Assembly: GCF_001194135.2 (NCBI RefSeq)
Contig: NC_069002.1
Location: 36,690,891-36,730,887 of the forward strand
Source: Octopus bimaculoides
Taxonomy: Eukaryota
Direction: 5' to 3'
DNA length: 39,997 nt
Made by a program: the position numbers and the translations under genes. Shown here piece after piece: positions 11,142-22,572 of this stretch (its first letter is position 1; every line of letters starts with the position of its first letter). The notes below the pieces were generated by a model that made no database searches, was not told the DNA's origin, and worked only from the letters and a program-made list of their open reading frames with translations.

Positions 11142-14100
11142 GAGCAAGATAATTAAAATCATAGCAAAATCAATAGAATGCAGCAAGCAGCAAGATACCC
11201 TCAGCTTTCTATCTTTCTCTCTGATCCCACTGACTCTATTTCTCTCCTTTCTCTCACCTTATACTTACTCTGTGGCATGCACAAAGTACCATGATGACAA
11301 GGTTAAAGTGTTATGAACAAGCCGCAAGCTGCAAAAAGAACAGAGCATTGAGAAGGCCAGGTTGCGGCCCTTCGTAAATTGGTCCACCTGCAGTTACTTC
11401 CCCTGGTATGGCCCGGCACACCAGTTGGTCGACAGCTTCGGTGTAAAGGCCGGTCGAAATGGCTATGGCCAAGATCCAGGCTTGCTGTTGGCTTTCTAGA
11501 GTAATGGGCAGCTGAAAAATGACAACAGGCTTTTTATATCTGCTGAAGATTGACCACATTAGGAGGAGGTAATCAAGATTAATATGGGAAAAAATCAACA
11601 TCTAAACCTGGGGGAAGATTCATACACATTTACTAACATGAACGCACACACATAACTTTAACTCGCATAGACACACACATACAGACATGCCAAAACACAC
11701 AGGTACCCTTATACACACACTCGTGCAAACAAAAGAAATACATTTGCATGCACAAGCAGACGTCTACACACATAACATAACCTACAGATGTTAAGTACAC
11801 CACTACGTAGTCACTTGATCTGCTAGAAATAGCAGCTAAATGTCCTAACCTCACACTAACGTCTTAAGAAAAAGAAAAGACAACAGACAATATAATCGTA
11901 GGTATACAAAAGACAGGACGATCACGTATGGAACACCTTTCATCACAGGTCTGTTCAATCAACATTGACCTCTGTCTAACGAATAATCACTGACGTGTGT
12001 TCCACAGACGTTGTTTAATCTGCGGTCAGGCTTGATTGAGCAAAGAAAGCTACGATCAAATGAGTTCCATTTGTCGTCGTCCTGTCTTTTACTCAATGCA
12101 TTAGGACTATAAGTATCCAACATGTCCTTCTTTTGAAATACTCAGGATATGATCTGAAGGGGGTTTGCTTGATATTTTTAGCAAGTTGAGTGATCCTGTC
12201 GAGGTTCTCTCATTATTTCATGGTGGCTTTAGTTGTTGTTGTTGTTTCATTAATATTATTGCTGTTTAACCCAAGGTCAGACCTGGTCAGACTTATGATC
12301 AAAGTTGCTCCTCCTATTGGGATTCGAGCAGACCCAGGGCATGACAACCTCATGCCACCAGGAAAATGAACATATGATGATGATTAAATCCAGATATGAC
12401 CACCCAGTTCTATTTCTATGTACACTTTCTTTCTCAAAGATATTTAGAAAATGATCTGCAAGGGACTTGGCTGATATTTCTAGCTGGTTGAGTGACTGCA
12501 TTGAGGCTCCCTTGTTGGCAACATTCCACAAACAGTCGTCCAGACACTCATACATGTATGTACACACACACACACACACACACTGTAAACCACCATCCTA
12601 TGTAACACTGCCACTCATTTATGTAACGCTACACTAACAAATGGCAGAAAATGATATACTTAAACAAAAAAAAAAAGCAACAACTTCAAGAAAGCAAACC
12701 AAAAGTTTTAACAGATAAATCACATGCAAACTGGTTGTGAGACTGCATTGCATGTTGTGAGATTGTAGGGAGTTGTGGGAATAGATGAAAGTTGTAGCAT
12801 TATGTAGAGGTTGTGGTCATATAGGGAGGCTGAAAGACATTGGAAACTTTCTTGGCATATCAGGATGATCACAATGGAATAACAACAAGCTTTGCAGAAC
12901 ACAGTGGATAATGTAGTCCTAGATACATTGTGTCTGAATCATAGGTCTATACCATTAAGCTAAGAAAAATAAACAGAGAAATAAACTTGTGAAAAAGAAG
13001 AAACCAAAAGTGGTAGCCTCGAAACATCCAACCGTTAATGTCTAGACTTTGTTGCTGTTAGTTATGAAGTACTGTCATCACAGTGAATGGCAATTGTTAA
13101 TTCTGTTAGCAAACTGGTGGTTATGTGGTTATACACTTAATACTTTAATCTTTTAGCATTTAAAGTGGACACATGTCCAGCCCAAATTTTCTACCTGTTT
13201 TATGCTCAAACTGGCCAGATTTGGCCTCTTACATGTAGCTAACAATATACAATCACATCAAAATTTCAAAGCTATGAGATAATGGACAATTAATTCAAAA
13301 CAATGTGAATAACTAAGCATTACATTTGGCAGAATAATCTGAATGCTAAAAGGCTAAAAGTGATTGTTTAACTTGAAAGATTATAGTTTGAAATTTACTT
13401 TACTTATCTGTGCTAACAACTAAAAAACTCTTCACTGTACCTTCTTTATAATGAAAGTTCATACGTGAAAATGGAGACATATTGCCGAGAGTGGAAAATT
13501 TAAACTTAGAATTATGGAACTTGCTGAAAGAAAAAATCAAATTGTGCATCTCTTGGAAATTTGGTGTTTCTATGAAGAAAGGCCAACTGCAGAAAATGTG
13601 AAGCAGTAAATAATCTCTAAAGAGAAAGCAAACACATTATCCAGAACTAGAAAAAGAAGGAGATGAATGGGTGGAAGATGAGAGGAAAAATAAATGGTAA
13701 GAACAGTGTGTGTAAAATTACAAACAGAGAAAATGTCACAGGTTGAAATATATGTAGTCAGGCAATCTTTCAGATTTTCAAATGGATGGTGCCAGAGACT
13801 CTTCAAGAATCTTTCTTTAGAAAACAAAAATTTCACAGAAACTGAATAAAACTAGAAATATGAATAAGACACGTGTGTTTTTGAGACATTGGATACAATA
13901 AAAAGTAAAACTGAATTTATCAGAAGAAAAGCCTATGAAAAAATATTTTACTGCACTTTGTGTTGTTTAGCTGATGAAAGCAAACTAAATCTGATTATTT
14001 TAAAAAGAAAAAATATTCCAATTATCCACTGCCATTCTAAACTTTGGATGGATGGATGGAAGAGGAAAATGTATGTGTATGGTTCAGAAAGTACAGAATA

Positions 14101-17100
14101 ATTCAGAGCATTTTCAAGGCCACACCTGTAATGTTGGTGTAGGACGAAATTAGAGCTCACCCTACAGAGCCAGTGAATCACATGTCGAAAGATAAGGAAA
14201 GCATCAAGCTGTTTTATGATGTTTGGTAAACGTACTTCAGTCCCCTGATGTTGCATTGAACAAACTATTTAAGGACGAAGTTAGGAAGCATTGCATATCC
14301 TGGATATCTGATGAAGTGGGGAAAAACCAAAAGGAACAAGAGGTAACTTTAAGGATGCTAATACCACCAGGGTTAATGTAGCTTAGGCTGGTTTACTGGA
14401 ACATAATTTACAAGAGCTTTTTAAAGACTGGCATCAGTAATAGATTGTGGAATGATCAGGGTGGAACTAACTACAGACAATGCTGTAACTTTAGATAAAG
14501 AAAATAATGAAATGATAGGATAGGGTAAATCCAAAAGAATGGTTGGAGTTATTTGGATAACCAATGATGGGTCAGATTTTTTATGGTCTTGAAGTGATAA
14601 ACATACTTTATGACTAATGATAGCTTTTAATCAATAGTTGCTGGCCAAAAACAGGAACCATGCCAACTTTAGTGTTTTGAAGTTTGTCGTGATATTACAT
14701 TGGTTTCTTAACTCCAGCTGAACTAGAGGGTTGCATTATATACGAGGATAAAATATATTACTGACTGTCAGCTACAAAAGAGTCAAATTATATTCAAGAT
14801 TGCATTACACTCACGTAATTGCATAAACCAACATCAATAATAATTGGTCACTGCCTACTTGCCCTTATGGCCCAGCCGTCCAACAACAAATAACCGACAC
14901 ACAGACTTGTTTCTACTATGATCATAGCTGATAAAAGTTATCAAAATGGACATACTTCCCAATAACAAAAGAACCAAAAAGATTTGTGAAGACGGAGAAA
15001 TATTCTTTCAGAGAACTTACCTCACCAAGGTCTTGGAGCATATTAATTCTCTCCCGTTCTTCTTCAATGAAGAGCTTCCTAAAAGAAAAGCATGTAAAAT
15101 AGGAATAGGTTTTCAGTTCTCTGAGAAGTAACTCACATCAGTAATTTAGATAAAGAGTGAAAATCTACGAGAATGGAGTAAGCAGAGTAGGAGGATACAC
15201 ATGGATGGAAAAGGTTACTGAAGAGGTCACAGATATGTTACAAAAGATTTCCAGACAATGGACATAAGATAAAATAGGAACAATAATAAACAAGTGAAGA
15301 ACGAATATATAGTGTGTGTGTGTGTGTGTGTTTATTTGGCAAAAAAGAAAAAATTTACCATCAAACAATTTCCACCAATTTCACTGACAAGTTTTAGATT
15401 GATTCAAGATTATAATAAACAACAACACTTGTTCAAAGTACGGCACAAATGGATTGGACAAGAAACCTCAAGACAGCAAAGCAAACCTCATACTAGCAGA
15501 TCCCTTTAACATTCAGATTATCCTCTCAAATGTAATCCTTATTTATTCACATTGTTTTGAATTAATCATGGGATTATCTTGTAGCTTTCAGATTTCGATG
15601 ATGCAATTGTTTATTTTTAGAATGACATTGTAGAGCATGTGTAAGAGGCTGGATTTGGTCAGTTTAAATATAAAACAGGCAGAATATTTAGGTTTGATAT
15701 GACTAGTTTAAACGCTAAAGAGTTAAAGATCCAGCCCTTGTCATACAATCATGCTGATTCTGCTGAAGAACTTTATCAACCATCCACATAACTGTGGAAT
15801 ATTCAGCCACTTACACACCAATTACACAAGCAGATAATTCAGCTGATTAAACAACTGAATATCCATCAACAAAAGAGACAGAAATCTATTTACTCCTTAT
15901 TTATTATCATAAGTGATACTTACAGCAGCTGGAGTGGGAGTGTGTAGTTCCACTTAAACTCTGCCATCACTTCTTGGACAAACAACTGCATTCTTGCTTT
16001 GTTCGTGTCAAACCGAAATGTCTTCTTGATCGGGTTAGAGAACATGATTTTCAAGTTACCCAAACCCCGATTCTGCAATTTTTCTCCATAACTAACAGAA
16101 CCCTAGAAAGAAACAGAAAATTCATGAGAGTCACAAATAAGACTTCAGAATGAGTGAGGAGTGGAGTATGGTAATGGTAATGTTGATGGTGGTAGTAGTG
16201 GTGATGCTGATGATGGTGGTAGTGGTGGTGTTAATGATACCTACAGAAGAGAGTACTATTGTTTGTACCAGTCGCCTTCCTGGCACTTGTGCCGGTGGCA
16301 TGTGTAAAGACATTCGAGCGAGATCGTGCCAGTGCCCCTGGACTGGCTCTTGTGCAGGTGGCACGTAAAATACACCATTTCGAGGATGGCCGTTGCCAGT
16401 ACCGCCTGACTGGCCTTCGTGCTTGTGGCACGTAAAAGCACCCACTACACTCTCAGAGTGGTTGGCGTTAGGAAGGGCATCCAGCTGTAGAAACTCTGCC
16501 CTTTTGAAGATGATGTTATTAGTGATAATAACAGGTATTTGTAGTGACGATGTTGTCACTGTTGTCTATCCCTAATCAAGCAGACTATGATCAAGGTATT
16601 CCAGCCAGGACCATCCTGTCCTTTTAGGATATTGAAGAGTATATTATGCAGAGAATCTTTCCTCTTTATCAAGAGTGTATGGTTTGAGGAATATTTGGCA
16701 GCTATTTCTAGCAGGACAAGCAACTGCACAGAGGCTTCTTTGACTAGTGGTAACAACAGTGATGTTGCCAAGGAGAATAATGCTAATGTTGGTGGTAAAA
16801 GTGGAGATGATGGCAGCCATCATCCTCATCATCACCATTTAATGTCCGCTTTCCATGCTGGCATGGGTTGGACGGTTTGACTGGAACTGGTAAACCAGAG
16901 GGCTGCACCAGGCTCCAATCTGATTTGGCATGGTTTCTATGGCTGGATGCCCTTCCTAATGCCAACCACTCCAAGGGTGTAATGGGTGCTTTTTACATGC
17001 CACCAGCACAAGTGTCAATTATGTGATGCCAGCATCGGCCACAGGTACAATTTCACTTGGCAGTGAAGTAAGCATAAAGTTTGTGGTAGTGTTATGGGGA

Positions 17101-20100
17101 ATATGATGTAGTGGTGGCGGTGGTGGTGATGATGATGATGATGATAGTGATAATGTTGGTGGTGGGGTTAGTAGTGTGGTGAAGATAATGTCAGTAGTTA
17201 TGGTAGAGACAATGATGATGATGATGATGACAGTGGTAGTGACAGGTAAGAAGTCTGCTTCCCAAATACATGGTCCTGGGCCGTAGAATATCTACTTCAC
17301 TAAATTCCATCTGACCCATGCTGGATGTTTAAAAATGATGAAGATTATAATTCTGGTGGTGGTGGTGGTGGTGGTGGTGGCGGCAACTTAATTCACTGTC
17401 CTTTATTTTACTAAAACTTTTACCTTCCAACTACACCACATACGCCACAGATTTGGATATGGGTAAAGAGGTTGAGAAACCCATTTCAATTCCATCAGTA
17501 ATAATTGTTTCTAACGTGGGCACATTACCATCATCATCATCATCATCATTTAACATCCATTTTCCATGCTGGCATGGGTTGGATGGTTTGACAGGAGCTG
17601 GCAGGGCCAGAAGCCGCACCAGGTCCCATTGTCTGTTTTGGCATGGTTTCTACAGCTGGATGCCCTTCCTAGTGCAAACCCCTTTGCAGAGTGTACTGGG
17701 TAGATTTTACATGGCACCAGCACCCATACGAATGCTTTTTAGTGGTACCTTGGCTTTAGGATCTCAATTCTGTTGTTTCAGGGAAGGGTTTAGTGAATTA
17801 ACTCAAACGCAGTACTTGCTTCATACTTAGGAATGAGAAAATACAGTGCTAAAAGGATGAAAGACAGAGCTGACCTTCGTAGGACTTGAACTCAGAAATT
17901 AAAGAGCCGTAACAAATGCTAGAATGCATTTTGTCCAATGCTCTAACAATTCTACCAGTAAAACTCTATCAGTAAAATACTAATTCACATCAGCAATTTA
18001 GAAGAAGTATTTTTCTGATGACAGCTTTGCTACAGCATGGCCATAACCAACCAACTGGATGAAATCAGACAAAGAAAAAAATGAGCAAAAAGAAAGCATA
18101 ATTACCCTGGAATTATCTTCAATGAGAATGGATTCATCGTGGACCCAAGCAGTAATTTGTATTTGACCAGCAGCAGAAGAATCAGGAGACCTACAAAACA
18201 CATGTTTGGACACAGATAAATATTATAGCCGCGAAACAACAGGCAAACCTCTATGTAGTCACTGAACATGCTGGAAATTGCAGTCAAGTTTACCTAAAAT
18301 CACATTCTACCATCTTCAAAATTATTACATCTAAAACTACACTGGGTGCTGTAACTTTAGCTATAGGATATATATTGGCAGCGTTCTGAGTGTTTATTGA
18401 GCGAAAACACCTAAAAGCCCCACGAGGCTCCGGCAAGGGATGGTGACAAACCCTGCTGTACTCTGCCACCACAACTTTCTCTCACTCTTTCTTCCTGTTT
18501 CTGCGCTAGAGCAAAGTAGTAATGAAAAGAGCCCGTAGGTGAAAAATGGTTAACAACCTAGGGCTGTAGACAGACTGACAGAAATCTTTTGAAACAGTCA
18601 ATTCTATCAACCCCACTACTTGATTGGTACTTATTTTATTGACTCCGGAAGGATAAAAAGGTAAAGTTGACCTTGAAGGAATTGAACTCAGAATGTAAAG
18701 AGCCAAAATGATTGCAAGATTAGATCAATTTAGCCAGTTCTTCTAACATGGGCACAAAGACAAATTTGTTGAAAAGGGAAGGGTTACATGTGATATAGTT
18801 CCCCTTAAAAGGATAGAAAAGCTTATTGGAGTGTTTGAGTAGAAACAGAGAGACAGAAACTTACATTAATGGTAAATGTAATTTTTTATCAGGTTTCGCC
18901 AGAAGTGACTTCAGATCAAACATCACATAACCCAACTGTGACATCTGAAATAGATTAAAGGATTAAGAGATTAATGAATTAAAAGTTCAAGAATACAAGT
19001 TAAATGTCTAAATGTTGGAGATGAATTATTTTTTTTTTTTTTGTAATAAAATTTTGTAATAAAATTTCAGAATTTTAACTTCAGATTTAGAGATGGAATA
19101 TCATTGTTTTAATACCTGCTTTTTCAATGCTTGCATGGGTTACCCAAGACTTGTCAGGATACTATTCTAAAGTCAGACACCGTTCCTAATACCAATTCTT
19201 TATTTTTCAAATAAGGTACTTTATTCTCCACACATCAAACTGCTGTGGGACATTCTGCTACAAAAGTAGTGTTGATGCAAAGACACAAAGTCTATCTTCA
19301 TGTTTCTCTGGTAGCCCCAGTTGAGGAGAATAGGCAAAAATAATAGTTGCAGCTCCATTTTGTAAAACTGGTCTGAGCATAAGTATCCTATATGCTGTTA
19401 GGTTTTATCTCACAGTACGGTACTTTGGGAAAGTGCCTTATAGCATAGTCTTGAAACAACTACAGTCTTCAGTGGAATTTGGTAGGCAGAAACTGTGTGG
19501 AAAGTTGTCACTGCTCTTGGGTAGCAGACTTAAATTCACTGCCTAAATTATCAACACCACCACCCAGCCCCTGGGTAGCTTTAGCAGAAACGAAAAAAAC
19601 TAATAAAGACAGAGAAGAGAAGGTAAAGGTGAACGTAAGAAAGAGAGAAAAAGGAGACAAAAAAAACAGAAATAGAAAAAGGAGTAAAAACATAAAGGAG
19701 AGAAAGAGAGGGAGAAGGAGAGTAAGAAATGCTGACTCACGGTATTGGTCATCCTTTCGTTGACATGATAAACAGTAAACTTTACTCGTGTTTTCAGTTT
19801 GATGTTCATCCCAAAACCAATGGTCTTCAGAAACTGTGGATCATTGCTTCTCTAGAAAAAAGGAGAGGAATAGAAAATGGCACAAAGTAAATCAAGAGCC
19901 AAAAATCACTCCAAAACACCACAAAGTATACAAACAATACAAACAGAGAGGAATGGAAACTGTTGGTCTCTGATCAACTTCAAGCTTCTTGACTCCATTG
20001 AGGGAACGCTTCCAGTGTCACCTCCCTCCACTCCCACTTTCATAACCTTCAGAGCAGTGGTTCTCAACTGGGGTCCTTACAAAGACTTTTGGGGATCCAC

Positions 20101-22523
20101 ACAAGCAAACTACAGTGGTAGTTTAAGGGTCCACTGCATGGCCCCTTGGGCAAGTGTCTTCTATTATAGCCTCAAGCTGACCAAAGCCTTGAGAGCGGAT
20201 CTGGTAGACAGAAACTAAAAGAAGCCCATCGTGTGTGTGTGTGTGTGTTTGTCCCACCACCAGACCATTTGACAACCAGTGTTGGTATGTTTATATCCCC
20301 ATAACTAAGGGGTTTGGCAAAAGAGACTGACAGAATAAGTACCAGGCTTAAAAAGGGGAAGTCCTGGGGTCGATTCATTCAACTGAAAATTCTTCAAGGC
20401 AGTGCCCCAGCATGGCCACAATCTACCTGGTCAATGAGGGGAAATCTGAAGTTCATAGATTTAAATTATCCTACCTCAATGATTTCAGTGTGGCTGTTTA
20501 AGGTCCAGTTCTGTTGAGGTGGTGTGATTGTCGTTATCATGACAAAAGGGTTCGGAGGTTGTCCGGTCCGATCATTGGGTAAGTCTTTAGCAGCTGCAAA
20601 TAGAAAAACAAGGAAAAACACAACTGAATTAAGGGGCTGTGAATTAGGGAAGCTTCAGACCTAATGGTACAATGTTGCATAGAAAATTGTATGGCAACAT
20701 GGTGGGGTTGGATAACTGTTCTTAAGGATAAAATGCTATATACATATATACATACATACATATATAATTAAAACATAGGGTAAAAATCAGATATTAATTA
20801 ATATCGATTTATTACCAGGAAGCTAGCGCATTTAAAGAATCCGAGAGATTCAGAAAAAATATCTGAGATCTAAGGGGATTAAGGTATATTTTTATATATA
20901 TAACGTCGACCAGTAAAGTGGACATTTAATATGCTAGAAATAGACCACATGTGTCTACTAAGACCTAGTAGTTCTCTGAATTTCTCTGTATTTTGCTGAA
21001 TTTCTTTTGAGAACTACTAGGTCTTAGTAGACACAACATGTGGTCTATTTCTAGCATATATATATATATATACATGTGTGTGTGTGTTTTGCTATTTTTG
21101 TGGCTTATCAACATTCCATACCTGAACCAAATTGAAGGCAAACTGAATTGCCAGTCCATGACTATATACAAATAACGTAAAAATCATTTGCTGGTTTGCC
21201 CCAACGATACATACATAAGAATAAATTTAAATGTGAATTAGAAGTGGTGCTGGTGTTGTAAACATTTTGGGGAAAATCAAAATGGAATTTTGGATAAAAA
21301 AGGTCAAGAAACATTGGTTTAGTCCAGTGGTTCTCAGTTGGGGGTCTATATGGCCCTTGAGGATCCATATAAGATTTTTGGAGGTCCACACAACAAAATA
21401 GTAAATTGGGGATCCAGAATAGTATTTTAAGGGCCCCTGAAAAAATTTTGCTTTGGATGTGATTACTGCAAGAAATAGGAGTTTTTCTCAAACATTTTAC
21501 GTAGTTCAATGTACACAAGTTTAATGTTTGAAGAACAAAATAAGAATTTTGAAAGAAGTTTCTATAAAACTAGTTTTTAAACATCAAATGGCTATGGGGA
21601 TCCACTAGAATAAAATAGTAATCAAAGGGGTCTATAAGTAAAAAAAAAGGGGTTGAGAACTCCTGGCTTAGTCATTGGTATGCATGGCTGTTGGAACATA
21701 TGTATACAAACATGTATTTGCTTGTGGCAGTGTGAGGATCCAGCATTACTCTCTATTCTGGTGATTACTAAAATACAAACATGTGCAGACATACGTGAGC
21801 ATGGCACAAACCCATGTATATATATGTGTGTTTATTGTTATGTTGAAGCCAAGCTGTACTACCTAGCCCAATGGCTCTTAATGTTTTTGACTTTGTAAAT
21901 ATCACTAAATATCAGAGAAAAAGAAAAAAAACTACAGATGCTCTTCATGTGAAAAATTTAAAAAATTACTGATTTCTTCTCATGGAAATTTGAAGAAAAA
22001 TATTAGAATTAAAAATTAGAAAAAAATATAGAAAACTATTGCTTACCTTATTTTATTAATTTTACGTTCTAAAACAAATTTATGAATAATACATTTTTCA
22101 AGGTGCTCAGGAATTTGCATCGATTTTCTAAAGCCTTAATTTTTTTTTTTTTTTTAATCTATAGCACACCTAGATAAGGCAAGCAGAAGACTAGTGCACT
22201 GTAGTGCAACCTGTCACCCTTGGTCTTGTCAGTACAACACAGTGATAAAATCCCGTGCTGCACAGATACAGCACAGAATTTTGTCAGTGAACAGGTCGCG
22301 GTCTCAATGCAACCAAAATATTTTGGCAAATTAAATTTAAATGTTGAAGTGAATCTAACGGGTTTTTGTGTGTTTCTTAAATGGCTTATAAACACCTTCC
22401 ACGTCGCAATTGTTAGAATAAATATTTATAGAAAAAATAATTATTAATTTAAAATGATCTTAAGGTAGAAAACAAAATTACATTAATTACATGACAAAAT
22501 TAAATAAATTTTAATATAATGAC

Positions 22524-22572
<49 letters not shown>

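Noticed and set aside
12277-12579. 100-aa minus-strand ORF in intron 11
   Set aside because: It starts in a (CA)n repeat, lacks flanking splice sites in the right phase and has no recognisable motif.
14815-14927. Segment with good acceptor (ttttatcag) and donor (gtgagt) 93 nt after exon 11
   Set aside because: Stops occur in all three frames and there is no INPP4 similarity. It cannot be coding, and a poison exon cannot be supported without RNA data.
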